Assembly (NCBI GenBank): GCA_951406725.2
Contig: OX597816.1
Span: 117,676,001 to 117,740,000 of the forward strand
Length of the DNA stretch: 64,000 nucleotides
Direction: 5' to 3'
Source of the DNA: Octopus vulgaris
Lineage: Eukaryota
Numbering within the stretch: the first letter of the stretch is position 1; every line of letters starts with the position of its first letter. A program made the position numbers and the translations under genes. Positions 1 to 14,402 of this stretch are shown here, piece by piece. The notes beneath the pieces are model-generated. The model made no database searches. It was not told the origin of the DNA and was given only the letters and a program-made list of their open reading frames with translations.

Positions 1-981
1 GGGTTGAATTATAAACAGAAATAACATTAAATATTACTGAAAAATATAATTTTGGGGACTATTACACTTTTAAAATTCCTAAGATTTTTGTAATTAGATA
101 TAGCAGAAAGAATTTTTCGAAAGTCCATTGGCTCTCATCCTCAATGAAAATCTGCGTCCTGTTATTACTGACACTCGTGCCAGCGGTCATGTCATCGTTT
201 GAGTCGGTCCATATAGTTTCACTTGCATCTTTATTACTCTTTATAGACACCCTTGAAAGTTTTTGTTTCAGGGTCTATCCGAGGACGCTATACGAACTTG
301 TAAGGACTCGATTATGAAAAGGATAGATTATTCATTGAAAGAAGCTACTGTGTTGTCATCAGTTATGAGCAATTTTTCCGTATACAGAGCCTAAAAACAT
401 TTTGATTCTATGAAATTTCGGGTTGGAGCGGGCAATTAAAGAAAGTAGAAAGGGAACAAAATAGTGGTTAAAACAACAACAACAACTACAACAACTCCAA
501 CAACTCGAAAGCTGCTCGTAAGATAATTATCGGTTTGTAGTAATGAAACCTTTCTTTGAATATTTAGTTAGTAGAAAGAAGCTTGAAAAAAAAGAAAAGC
601 ATATATAATCACCTGTATTTGTAAAAGGTTAAATGTTTTTCTGACATATAACCTTTACGAAATAATGTTTTCGGCTGGAGAATTCTTTTTATGAATTAGG
701 TTCATAGAATACATGAATAGTTGGTTACAATTAAACGTTATTGTTTATCATATAAACTACAGCACTTACAATGATTTTAGGTTCTTGTCTTTGGGAAGAA
801 AATTATGCAAACGGCCGGATAAAGAACAAAGCATAGCTTAGCAAATTTGCCTTATAATTAGAAATATACTGAAATAATTGTAATTGTACTTATTTCTCCC
901 TAAGAATTTCCATCAAAAGTTCAAGAAAAGCTATCATTTGAAAACGAATAAAAATAAAGACGACATCGGAAATGTCAAATG

Positions 982-1034
<53 letters not shown>

Positions 1035-1092
1035 CACACACACATATGTACATATATACACACACATATATATACCTACACATATAGACATG

Positions 1093-1412
1093 CATGGCGT
1101 ATGGCTCAGTAGTTAGAGCGTCGAACTTACGACCGTAAGGTTGGGAGTTCGAATTCCGGACCGGGCTGTGTGTTGTGTTCTTGAGCAAGACACTTTATTT
1201 CACGTTGCTCCGGATTACTCAGCAGTAGAAATGAGTTGCGACGTCACAGGTGCCAAGCTGTATCGGCCTTTTGTCTTTCCCTTGGATTACATTAGTGGCG
1301 TGGAGAGGGGACTGCTAGTCTTCCATAAACAGCCTTGCCCGGACTTGTACCTCGGAGGGTAACTTTCTAGGTGCAATCCCATGATCATTAGTGACCGAGG
1401 GGGATCTCCGAC
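1093..1412 (+). mobile_element. tRNA-derived SINE
   Basis: A-box-like TGGCTCAGTAGTTAG and B-box-like GAGTTCGAATTCC, followed by a SINE central domain (tgtgttcttgagcaagacactt); flanked by microsatellites. Confidence 0.8.
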
Positions 1413-1553
1413 ATATGTACATGTTTATATGTATAGACATATATGCATTTATATGTATATGTATATATGTGTGTAAGAATATATATACATATATATATAT
1501 ATGCATATATATATCAGTATACATAATATATATATATATATATATATATAATA

Positions 1554-1598
<45 letters not shown>

Positions 1599-2435
1599 AT
1601 GCATCATACATATGTGTGTGTGTGTGTGTGTGTGTGAATTGTGATTTCATAGAATCAAAGCTATGCTAATAACAAGTCGTTGGAATTCAGTATCCTTGTG
1701 CATTACATCAACGCTTCTGAACGTATGCGGTACTGCCCCAAGGGAGCACTGGGCATGTTAAGGTGGGTGTTAGGCTTTAGGGGACAGAGAGGGGGCGGGG
1801 AGGTAACATGATTAACATATTAGATTCTATCTATAGTAGTAATTATATTATGCGGCATAAAACTAGTAATGGTCATTAAAATAAAATGAGATCTCAGACA
1901 CAGGGAAATCATTAACTTCCGATGTATTAAGTAAATTTACAACTTTTGTCTTTATTACTTTTTCATTATTTCACTGTTAAAAGCTTATACAATCCATACT
2001 TAGAGTAAGATTTATTAATTATTATCCATTTTAAATTATTAGTTTAGTCGTGATAATTCAATCACCACTTAGGTGGTCGCGAGGCACAACGACTACCTAA
2101 AAAGGGGTCTTATTAATTTGAACATATTTTAAGTTGCCCATAGGAGACTGAAATTTCGCATATTGCATAGTGAGAAATCACATCATCGGTCAACACCTAC
2201 AGGAACGGTTCAGTAACAAAGTTGTTAGTCACCTTATAATTGTAATGTCAGGAAGTGACTAATCATTTTATTGTTGACGTATTCCCGCAAGAATCCTAGT
2301 GGATAAATAAGTTGGTGGATAAAGGAATTGAAAGTAGGTATTGTTATGTTGAGAAGTTGAGCTGACATAAATATAGACATACTGGGTTTCATATTTCCTG
2401 ATAGTATCACCGGAATGGTGTTCTAGTTTATATTC

Positions 2436-2707
2436 TGTTATACTGTGGATCCTTGTCCACTTGTATGTCGTCGTCGACACTGTAATATTCTTGTCGCCAC
2501 TATTATGTTGTGGCGATATTACATGTCTTATTATCTATAACTCGTCTATCGCGCTATCGCTGATAGCTCCGCAAGATAACGACTTTGACGGTATATATCA
2601 TGTAACTGACACTGGCTCCAACTGAGGAGTCGTACAACGACTGATTGTCTGACTTTATAGTGGTCACTTTGTCACGTGGAAAGGAGTATACCATTTTCAC
2701 TACAACA
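2436..2707. mobile_element. Solo LTR (272 bp)
   Basis: Begins TGTT and ends AACA; 5-bp target-site duplication TATTC at 2431-2435 and 2708-2712; GC-richer than flanks. Confidence 0.7.
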
Positions 2708-2899
2708 TATTCTGTAAATGACTATGGGACACAAATTCTGATCCTGAATGTGTGATCTGAAATTCTGATCATGAAATCCTTCTTGACTGTGTTTACACAA
2801 ACCTGCATATTATCTAATGACTAAGAAGTATTTGCCATTCTATTTGGATGTATTAATCTCACTCGGCCAAACTATGTTTTCACAAATATCGCCCAAAAT

Positions 2900-3520
2900 T
2901 TGAGTATCCTGGGCCGCATTAACGAGTGATGAGAAGCAGGAGGCTGAATAAGTTGCAAGAATTGTAGGTACTGGCTCGGTAATGTGTCAGCTACGGGATG
3001 CGATCCGCAGTAGAGGAGAAGATGGTAAAAGAGCCAAGCTCGCCATCTTCAGTTCGCTTTGCGTGATTGTCCTCACCTAAGATCATGATTGTTGAGTAAC
3101 GACCGAAAGAGTACGATCACAGGTATAAGCAACCGAATGGAGTTCCTTCGAAATATTACTGGAGTAATGCTGCTGGACAGGATGCGTAATTCAGAGACCA
3201 GGCAGTCTCTCCAGGTCGAGCCGCTACTTTTTCCCGTTAATAGGTTACAGCCCCAGTACTATAGATATATGATTAGAATGTCACAGGAATGAATCGTAAT
3301 ACGAATTCTTCAAGCCGAGCCAACCGGTAGAAGACCTAATGGCAGACCAAGAACAAATTGGTTGGATACATACATAGTTTCAGTTGGTCGCGCTTGGGAA
3401 TCCAACAGGAAAGTCTAATGACGGTTGCTTCTGAGGGGACCCTATTGTGGCGAGATCTGAGTACTCAACTTCCACGAAACCTCCCGGAATAGTGTGCCGA
3501 AAAGATAGTGTGTCATAACC
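2900..3520 (+). mobile_element. RTE-clade LINE 3' fragment (decayed)
   Basis: Translates to MEFLRNITGVMLLDRMRNSETRQSLQVEPL...GRRPNGRPRTNWLD, the typical RTE ORF C-terminus; contains stops. Confidence 0.75.
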
Positions 3521-4059
3521 AGTAAAAGATGAAGAATGAATAATGATTTCTTCTCTATTAATAAAACCTCTCAAGAATAATTTATCTCACAATTTTTTTG
3601 GCGTGAAAAGGAGCTAAGGCTAAGTTGACAACATTATGATTTGAACACTTCTCTTGCACACTACGGATTTCACCAACTAATCTGTCTTAAAGAATCCCTA
3701 CATAGTACTGGCCAATATAAATGTTGGTTGGTTGATTTCTCCCGTCGTACCTTACATTGTATAGAGAGAGGGGAAGAAACTCAAAGAGAGATACCGAGAG
3801 AATTAACATTAATCAATAGATTTACAGAGATATACTTGCATAGCAAGTGACCTGATCTGAGATCAGGTGCTGAAACAAAAACAAAAACAAAAACAAATGC
3901 AGCACGGAATTTTGTCAGTGAACAGGTCGCGGTTTCAAAGCGACGAAAATATTTTTACAAATTAAATTTAAATGTTGAAGGGAATCTAACGGTTTTTGTG
4001 TTTCTTAAATGGCTTATAAACACTTTCCACGCTGCAATTGTTTAAGTCAATAGAGAAAC

Positions 4060-4800
4060 ACTGAAAATGACAAGTAGGGGATGGTAAAGAAATATAACGA
4101 AAAACTTCAGTATACACATAAATAATCCAACCACCCCAAATGTATTAACAAAAACCTAGCAGAAAATATATCTCTCAGATTGTTCTCTTTATCCTCAAAG
4201 GCAAAAGTTCTAAACGATATAGCACCTCCATATAACGAAGCCCTAAAGAATAGCAGTTATAAAGAAAAAGTGCAATATATAAACAGAAATCCTCCCACAA
4301 GAAATAAAATACGTAAGAATAGAAAAAGGAAAATTATTTGATATAACCCACTCCTTCAACATACAAGTATCTACACTTATAGCTAAATTATTTTTCAAAA
4401 TACTGCAGAAATACGTCCACCACAAACACAAGTATTACAAATTAATAAACATGCAAAACGTAAAATTGTTATACTCAAATACCAACATCTCTAAAAAAAA
4501 CTGTAGCCAACTACAACCACCAAAAACTGTCTAAAACTGAAAACTTAAACCACGTATACAATAACAATTGTAGTTGTGGAACACGTTCATCCTGCCCTCT
4601 AGAAGGAAATTGTCTCTCAAGAAATATCGTATATAGCGTAACAGTAACTACGAGCATGACACCAGTTACTATATCTACATACATAGGATCTACGGCAAAC
4701 TGTTCAAACCACGATACAACGAACACACGTACACTTTTTGCAACCTAAAGAGAAAAAAATGATACGTTACTATTCAAACATATTTGACAATTTAAGTTTA
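4060..4800 (+). mobile_element. Penelope-like element fragment (RT C-terminus, linker and GIY-YIG start), decayed
   Basis: Motifs APPYNEALKNSSY, CSC...CPLEGNCLSRNIVY and FKPRYNEH are characteristic of PLE linker and GIY-YIG regions; frameshifted. Confidence 0.7.
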
Positions 4801-4804
4801 AAAA

Positions 4805-5056
4805 CCCGTAAAGAGTTATGTTTCCAATTTAGTGGGATTGGAAGAATGTCTTTTCCGAGCTTCTTTCTACGGACAGAACCATCAATACAGAAGCGTACTG
4901 TGGCCAGCTAGATAAATTAAATGCAGTAATCCACCAGAAGTGTCCAGTATTTGCCAACTGCAAGGGCATTGTTTTTCATCATGACAATGCCAGACCACAC
5001 ACTTCTTTGTAGATACGGCAGAAGTTACTGCGGCTTGGTGGGAAAGTTTTGCATAG
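4805..5056 (+). mobile_element. mariner transposase fragment
   Basis: WDWKN...TINTEAYCGQLDKL...GIVFHHDNARPHTS matches the mariner DD34D second-Asp region. Confidence 0.85.
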
Positions 5057-5903
5057 ATATGCACATATTAAACATATGTATGTATGCATGCATGTATGTA
5101 TGTATGTATGTATGTATGTATGTATGTATGTATGTATGTATGTATGCATGCATGCATGCATCTATGTATGTATGTATGTATATATATATATATATATATA
5201 TACGTACGTACATACATACATACTCATATATATATGTGTGTGTGCGTATATGTGTTTGTATACATACAGAAAGAAAGAGGGAGAGAGAGATAGAATGGAG
5301 GAGGAAAGAGAAGAGGAGCGAATATAAGAGAGAGATAGGGAGAAAATGCAAGATAGATAAATAAATAGAGAGATAGAGAGAGGGAGAGAAAGAGGAGTCA
5401 GTGAGTGAAAATATGATGAAGTTAGCCTTTTGACTTCAAAACCAATTGATAAACTCTTGCTACATTTTCAGTGTTATGATTTGCGAGATAATATAAATTG
5501 TTTACGTGGTAGCTATAGATATTTGCTACATCAAGTATATCTCGTGGGTATGGATACAAATATATACTGAAGATCTGCTGATTAATTTTTAATATGACGT
5601 AGTATAATGAAATATATATACGCAGATGAACACATACGCATATATAGTTACATACGTATATATGGTTTAGGTTTCAAACTTTCTTGTAAATCTAAAACTG
5701 AATTTTGTCGAATAAGGTTGTTTTTGTCTGGTATCATTTAGACAACAATAAAAAAAATGCAATAGAAAAAACGGCGTCAGCAATAGCATTATCGAAGAAA
5801 GAAATAAAGGTATTAATAACTTCGCCATGTTAATTATAACAAGAGCAACAAAAACAACAAAATGAATAAGTAAAAAAGAAAACAAAAACTAGTGCTGGAA
5901 GAC

Positions 5904-5946
5904 TCTACTACTACTACTACTACTGGTGGTGGTGGTGGTGCTGCTG

Positions 5947-5987
<41 letters not shown>

Positions 5988-5989
5988 GG

Positions 5990-6081
<92 letters not shown>
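5904..6081. repeat. Compound trinucleotide microsatellite
   Basis: (CTA)n(TGG)n(TGC)n(TAC)n(GAT)n(AAT)n in series. Confidence 0.95.
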
Positions 6082-6084
<3 letters not shown>

Positions 6085-6303
6085 TCTACTAAAGGCACAA
6101 GTAATATGAGGCGGCAGTGGAGTGGGGAGGACTAGTCGATTACATCAACCCCAGTGTTTCACTGGTACTAAATTTATCGACCCCGAAAGGATGAAAGGGA
6201 AAGTCGACTTCAGTGGAATTTGAACTCTGGATGTAAGGACTGATGATGAAATGCCGCTAAGCATTTTGTCCGGCGTGTAAACGATTTGCCAGCTCACCGC
6301 CTC
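6082..6303 (-). mobile_element. tRNA-derived SINE, abundant family (Nin-domain-like core)
   Basis: Minus strand has A/B boxes (gagctggcaaatcgtt; gagttcaaattcc) and a ctttcatcctttcggggtcgataaa core; (ATT)n tail; more than 10 related copies in the window. Confidence 0.8.
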
Positions 6304-7082
6304 AATAACAACACCAACAACAATGATAACAGCAACAACAACAACAATAAAAGTATTGAAATTCAATGAGTGATTAGAAAAAAAATTTCAACCATTTAGA
6401 GCTAGAGTACTTGGATCCTCCTCCTTCTCCTCATTATCACCATCACCTCCTCACTATCACCATCACCATCGCTTCCATTACCACTATCACCTCCACTTCC
6501 AAAACGACCTTCTCCACCACCACCGAAACCAAAACCATCAGCACCACCCACCGCACCACCACCGTCGTAGTAGTCGAAGTCGTCATCATCATCATCATCA
6601 TCATCACTACCACCACCACCATCATCATTATCGTTTCATCATCATCAATATTATTGTTGAATTTTTTATATTTTTGCACTTGTTCATTTTTGGTGTTTTT
6701 AAACATCTCTTTTTAATCTCAGAATATGGTAAAATGTAATATAATAAGTGTTGATTTTGAAGATCAAACGTTAAGCAAATTATTTCTTAAGCTTCTGTCC
6801 ACAGGCAACAAGTATTACTTTGCATCTATTGTTTGCCATTAGAACGCCAATAAATCTAACAGATCTTTGGACACACAAATGTCGATGCATTCTCTAAACT
6901 TATTGTAGTGTTGAAAAACTAGCAATCGCAAAGGATGAAGTCTTACAAATTTATGGCAATAAAAGACATGCTAGTGTTCAGACTTTATGGAAAAAAAATT
7001 GCCCATACACGCATACTTATTAAGGAGTGCATGGTATCTATGCGTGTGTTTATGTTCTACGTAAGTGTATATATGAAATCTT

Positions 7083-7724
<642 letters not shown>

Positions 7725-8209
7725 CTGAAAGGGAGGGGGAGAGAGAGGTGCCAAAAGAAAAAAAGAACAGAGACTACAAGTGTTGGGAAATAAATACATT
7801 ATTCATCTTTAAGTAGAATACCTTACGGGGAATCTTTCCGTTGAAAAGATGCTAACAATTATTTTCAGATTAAAGAATTATCACTGTTGTCTGTAACAGT
7901 AAATTAAATATTTAAGTACGTTTATTGAGTTTATTAAACATGTGTTCGTGTGTATGTATATATATATATATATATATATTATATGTGCATATTTATAGAA
8001 AATGATATAAATGGCTAAAAGCGGTCCTTGTAGTTCTTCTTTGGTTTTACTTCAATGAGTAGATTAAATATTTTGAGTTACATTTTGTTTGGCATCAATA
8101 TCACCTAGAAGTGCATCTTCGGGAATTATTATACATATTTTTATAGTACATTATCTTTTTTTAAAAAAAGATGATTGTGTAACGGACAAATGATGCCAAT
8201 CTTTCATAT

Positions 8210-8426
8210 TTTTGTGAGGAACGCTAATAAGAGCTATATTGAAATATGGCATATAATTAACAAAAGAATGGTGAATCTTCAGTCGAACTCTATACCTGAT
8301 GATTTCCTAATTTATATTGTATATTGACATATTATTACACTGTGGTCGATGTAATCGACTAGTCCCCTTCCCCCAAATGTCAAGGCCTTGCGCCTTCAGT
8401 AGAAAGGATTATTATTATTATTATTA

Positions 8427-8508
<82 letters not shown>
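8210..8508 (+). mobile_element. Degenerate SINE of the same family with expanded (TTA)n tail
   Basis: ggtcgatgtaatcgactagtcccc...aggccttgcgccttcagtagaaagg followed by (ATT)n at 8409-8508. Confidence 0.6.
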
Positions 8509-11340
8509 CATTGTCTTTGCACAGCTTTTATCGCTGGAGATGTACTACGGTGCCAGCTGTTCACTACCAGTGAACTATGGTAACACCCCTTATTTTTCGA
8601 GCGCCATCCAGAGTATTCGAGCGTTTCCAAGCAGTGCTGTTTTCTGCAAGTGCTCACCCTTATTGCAGCCCCTATTTGTTTCATGTACTTCTCAAGACTT
8701 TCACCCACTGTTCCCAGGGCTCCGACAATTATTGGTACTACTACCACTTTTTTCATCGACCACAACTGCTTAACCTTCCAAGCTAGCCTGTCATATCTAT
8801 CGACTCTTCTGTGTTCCTTATCGCATACCTTGTCAGCTGGGCATGCTATATCTATGATCCAGCATCGTTTGCTTTCTTTCTCAATTAACACTACACCTGG
8901 CTTCCTATTCTCTATCTCATGGTCGCACTGAATCATAAAATCCCATAGGATCTTTGCATTTCTATTTCCGATGATGTCTTCAGGTTTATGTTCGTACCAC
9001 TCGTTTGCTCTGTCAAGTCTATACTTGTTGCAAAGTGTCCAATGGACAATTCTTGCTATATTGTCATAACATCTCATTCTTTCTGGGCTAGTGGCGTACA
9101 TTGACTGGTAATATGCCATATGGTTTCCCCATTTTGTCTACAAATTCTGCACTTATCACTTTCTGATGTGTTGTCTATTCTGTAATTGATGTAATTCGTT
9201 CTTAGTGCTTGCTCTTGGGCAGCGCAGATTAGAGCCTCCATTTCCGGTTTTAAATCACTTTTAGTCATCCATAGGCATTTTCCCCCTGTCTGTCTTATCT
9301 TCAACATCCCATGAAATTGTACATGGATTCTTTATCCACCTATTTTCAGTTTTATTCATTCTCAAGTGCTTGTACAGTACTTTAATTTTGGAATAATCCA
9401 TCCTACACAAGCCCGACCTTCTTACTTCCAATAACAGCGGTTCTGTGGCATTTTACATACCATGCTATGTTGTTTTCTTCTGCTCTAATGCTGTGTTCGC
9501 ATCCAATCAGTCCTCTTCCTCTTTTTCTTGGTACATACAGTCTTTGTCACTTTTTGAGTGGAATATCCCATATCTAGTCAGCAACTCCCTTGTATTTCTG
9601 TCTGAGCTCTTTAGTTCATCTATGGTCCATGCGATTACCCCTGCTCCATATCTAAAGAATGAAACCGCACAGGTGTTGATAGCTTCAATCTTATTCCGTC
9701 CATTCAATTTCGATTTAAGTATCGGTCGCAGTTTGCGCAAGTACTCCACGTTAAATTATTCTGTCATTTCATTCTCCATGAGTTTATCCATTTCCAATAT
9801 CCCCCAGCCCGTCTCTTCTATCTGCTTCATAACCTCCCTCGACGGTATCGCTAACCCGTCCATGCATTCAAAACTAACACACCACACTTTCTCAGTCCAA
9901 ACTCCACTCTAATATCAGCACTGAAAGTATACACCGTATCAACGAGAGAACTGACTTCGAATTCATCATTACCATAAAGTTTGAGGTCATCCATGAATAA
10001 CAAGTGGTTGGTTTTTTTGTTGGCAGCTTTTGAATACATACCTTCTTTCATATGCTGTCAGTTCCGTCCTCCACTTCGCCATACTTTTTCCAAGCAATCA
10101 CTCAACATTCGATGCAATACCAAAAAGGTTCATATATTCCATAATCAAAGAATGTGGGATCACATCGTACGCCTTACGGTAATCGATGCATGACATGGCT
10201 AAGTTAGTTTTCCTCCTCTTGCAGTCTATAAGTACAGTTTTGTCTACCAGGAGTTGATCCTTGGTACCTCTGCACTTACGCTTGCAACCCTTCTGCTCAT
10301 ATGGTAGGACTCCATATATTTTCCAGTTGTCCGTACATTGACTCTGAGACTATTCCAGTCAATAATTTTCACATAAGTGGCAAGCAGGATATCGGCTTGT
10401 AATTGTCTACCATATTGTCCTTTTCGATGCTTTTTAAGCACACCACTGTCCTACCTATTGTCAACCAGTCCGGTGTTACTTGATCGACATTTAACAAAGT
10501 GTTGAGTTGTGCAGCTATTCGTGCATGACATTCACCAAATCTTTTGATCCACTAGCCTTGAACTCCATCTGGTCCCGGGGCCTTTCAGTTGCCCATTTTT
10601 TTGCTGATTTCCTTCACTTCCTTATCTGAAATGACTAGTTCTGCCTGTTTTGGACAGACTATTGTTTGTTTCAGTTCTTGCAACCATTCAGCATCCTTCT
10701 TGTTCTCCTTGTCTTTGCTCCAGATATCACTCCAAAACCTTTGACTTTCAAAGTTATCTGATATCAACTTTTCATCTGTACACTCTCCATCTATTTCTTT
10801 GTAGAATCCCTTCTGATCTACATATTCTGGTGGTAACCCTTCCTTCTTTGGTCGTATTTTACCATCTTTGCTTTCTTTGTAACGAGACGCTGTTTCAGTC
10901 CCTCCATTACCACTTTCAGGTCCTTTCTTTCAATATTATACTTCTTATTCACTGCCCTGTATTTTCGCTCGCTTTTAAGCTCCCCCTTTTCTTTTCGGTC
11001 TAACACAGAAATGTCCTTCGAGAGCATATCTAACCCCCGCCTGTGTTCTTTTCCAACATGGATCTTTCTTGTTCTTGACATCAATATCAATATTTTCTAC
11101 TACAACAATACTTGCTGCCTTGATCAAATTATTTGTTTCTGTGATGTTTTTTGTTCTGATGTATTTCAGAATTTCATTCACATTTTTCGTTTCTTTGTTC
11201 AGTTTCCACCGACCAATCTTTTTAATGTTGCAAATAATGTCACTATCGTTCTCCTGTAAGCTTGCTTTTATTTTGTCGTAGATTGCTTTTGCCCATCTGT
11301 CATGTCACCATTAGTTTTATTGTCTTCTTCCAAACTATGT
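8509..11340 (-). mobile_element. R4/Dong-clade RLE non-LTR retrotransposon, pseudogenised
   Basis: RT HLLFMDDLKLY; CCHC finger CRICRQNGETIWHITSQC; RLE region KILWDF...KPGVVL...WIIDIACP; 3' end abuts (TAA)n; frameshifts and an RT deletion. Confidence 0.85.
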
Positions 11341-11439
11341 CTTATCGAGCAAGCTATGACTGTTCCTTTTCTGTGGTTTGTTAGAGATTTCCCATCTGTT
11401 TTCTGCTATCAGATTACTTTTATCAGTAAGAACTGTATT

Positions 11440-11872
11440 TTCATCATGATTTTTCTTGGATGACTTTTGCTACTGTCACTGTCTCGTAGTGCCTTAGAGC
11501 AGTGCCGATCACCTCGATGTGCCAGATGTCCGATACTATGACGGTGATGGCATCTGCATATACGGACAAAGTTCTTACACATCCTACCACACCTAGTTTG
11601 GATGGGATGCTGCTAAAAATCCATAGTTTCTGAAGAAGTAATTGAAGAGTCCGTACATACGGAGGAAACAAGAAGAGACAACCTTGACGGACGGTGTGCA
11701 CGATACTTAATGGCTCCGAGAGGTGACCATTCACTCTAAACTACCAAACAGATGTTGCTATATATAGCAGTAATCTAACCGTGTAAGACGGCACTAGAAC
11801 ATCCACCATGTGTTATTGATCAACCCTATCGAAAGCTTTTGATTGATCAAAATTGATCAGTGTCCCACCCAT
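11440..11872 (-). mobile_element. L1/Tx1-like LINE RT fragment
   Basis: Motifs LINFDQSKAFDRVD, VRQGC and LSVYADAITVIV. Confidence 0.7.
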
Positions 11873-12229
11873 ATGTGGACGACCGGTCGGGGGTGGGAGG
11901 ACAGGTACGCCTACGGTATCTATCGCACCTCTGACGGTTTCGGACGACTATGAAAGATAGCGCGGACGAAGTCACCAGTTGCCATATTGCCGCTGACCCG
12001 AAGCTTCACGGCTACCCCTGCTTGCTGGCGTTTTGTCTGTCTATGCCAGGTCACCGTTCTACCGCAGCCGACATAGCGCTCTTCTCTCCGGGAAGCTCTC
12101 CGGCGGATCACCGACGGTCATGATCTCTCATGCAAGCTTGTCTGTGTGTATCTGTGCATATGTTTATGCAAGGATATGTGTGAGTCTGTGAGTGTACCTA
12201 CGAAGCTTGTCTAGGTCGACCGTACAAAT

Positions 12230-12800
12230 CAAAAATTTGTTCTCTGTGTCGCTTACGATTTTAAAATGCGGACGATCTATACTCTTCTTATCTACTGGTC
12301 TAGATACGATTTAAATGACCTGAAGCGGTTTAGCCATGTCTACACTGACACATTCGGAAAACCCACTAGGTATATGACAGTTCGAATAGTTTAAGCAGGC
12401 TTGTGAGTTTTTTGAAATTTACTTTCCTTTTAGTTATCTCCTACAAAATCCGAACGAGCATCCTAGATGGTGTTACAATCACCCCTTACCAGAAAAGAAA
12501 GGGAGATTCCAAGAAAATCTGCAGGTGCCTGAAAAAAATCCAGCTGTTACACCCCTGACGGAGAACATACAACTACTAATCTGAAAGCACTCCACTGGAC
12601 GCTGTTCACATCGAGAAGTACTAACTTACCTTTTGGGTCCGAGATGATGGCCCATGCCGTGGGATCCAGATCATTCCAAAACAATACAACAGCTTCGCCT
12701 CCTAATGTCGGTCGACTTGGTGAGATCCTGTATCTACTGAAAATGAGCATGAAGTTTTGTAGATCGGACCTGGTTTTGCTGTTGGCCATCTAGTGACCTG
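12230..12800 (-). mobile_element. L1/Tx1-like LINE APE endonuclease fragment
   Basis: DPKGKLVLLDV...FRLVVV and GDCN motifs; collinear upstream of the RT fragment at 11440-11872. Confidence 0.6.
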
Positions 12801-13019
12801 AGATCGTTGAATGGGTGGCCCTGCTGCCAAGGTGACCCTAGGCAACGTGCATTTACTCTGCTTATTCTGAATACATCCACGATAGACAAGGAAAAGGAAA
12901 GTGAGAAGGATCACCCATCTTATTTCTGTGGAAGGACAGAAATCTTAGCGGCTATTTGTGGGTGCGTCTACAAGGAGTTATTTATGTTCCCTCGGAAATC
13001 TCCCATTCCCTTAGAGTAA

Positions 13020-14110
13020 ATTTTTTTCAATTTGCCTAATTTAAAAAAAAATTATTTTAGTATGAGTTGGAATGTTATGTTTTGGTGTGATGTAGTCATG
13101 ATTCCTATTTCTGTGTTAATGTATACGTTTCATTAAGACCTTTGTTGTGTATGTGGCAGTGTAGCTGATTATTTTTGTTTCATCGCTTTGAAGGTACTTG
13201 ATCGCATTGAGGGTATTTGATCGCTTTCAGGGTGAGGAATGGGTTGTGTTTTTCATAATCAAGTCAAGAACGACAACCATTCCATCCCTGTGCCTGACTT
13301 TTTACTTTTCTTGTCTGTGGACTTGCTGAATACTTGTTTTATTTTTTTATGCCTTACATTACGGTCGTCACAAGCAAGGAGATATCTAGTTCTGGGGTAC
13401 ATCAGCCATCACTATTTTTACTATTATCTGACAAAAGTTATGTTAGAATCAGGAGCAGTTTGGCACTTTTTAATGTCCAATTTTCCAGCGCTTCTTCTTC
13501 GGTTTGAAACCAAGCTTAAACTGTGTCAATATATTTTTATGATCCAAATTTATTTAAGGAAGATACAATCTGGTTTTCTATCGCTCTCTCTAGTCGTTTA
13601 GTTTTGAGTCCAGTATATTTGTATATAACTGTTTTTGTTTTTGTTACCTATTGAATTTGAATTTGTTGCTGTTTAGATATATTGTTCAGCCATTTTTAGT
13701 GAGATGCGTTATTGCATTTGTTAGTTCTCCTGATAAAGAAATCCGCCTCTAGGTTTCGGCATACATTTGTGAATACATTTCTACTTTAGAAGTTTCAGTG
13801 TTTACCGTTTATATCGTATGGAACTCTGTGCTGATGGTAACAGTTGTATTTGTTTCACTGTTCTATTTATCTTGCTTGTCATTGGTGTGTTTTTCCTTGC
13901 TAGTATCTGTAGTGGCGTGAGGTGTGGTAGTAGAATTGCTTTCCAGTTTCTGATCATTTGTGCTATTTTTGGCGATGTTGTTCTTGTGTTTTATGTCATT
14001 TCTGTCGTTATTCATATATTCTCTGTAAATGTTGCAGGTAGTAGTGATAAAGCATCTTCGTAATGAGTCCTCGAAGAACCACCTCCTCCCTCAATTTGAG
14101 GTTCCATATT
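13020..14110 (-). mobile_element. Probable LINE 5' region (ORF1 and start of APE), highly decayed
   Basis: A-rich minus strand, and an ATYTTKGL-like APE N-terminal motif near 13130-13160. Confidence 0.3.
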
Positions 14111-14320
14111 GTATTTTAAAAATATGTGTATTTTGAATATGTACATTCAGATTTTTACATCATTTGAATTCAGCCTTATGAGAGCACTCTTTTCAACTTT
14201 GCGTGTGAGTGTGTGTGTCTTTGTGTGAGTATGTGTGTATATATATATATAGATATATATATATGTATGCATATGTGTATATGTACATGTATGTATATAT
14301 TATGTATATACATATATACA

Positions 14321-14366
<46 letters not shown>

Positions 14367-14402
14367 ATGTGTACGTGTACACATGCGAGCGCGCACACAC
14401 AC

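Noticed and set aside
62-250. 62-aa minus-strand ORF as a host exon
   Set aside because: In-frame TAG just upstream, no convincing splice signals and no recognisable domain
1095-1170. tRNA gene
   Set aside because: No complete acceptor stem, and it continues into a SINE body, so it is a SINE head
2068-2100. 11-bp hairpin ttaggtggtcg/cgactacctaa as hammerhead stem II
   Set aside because: The flanking core nucleotides are too divergent to support the call
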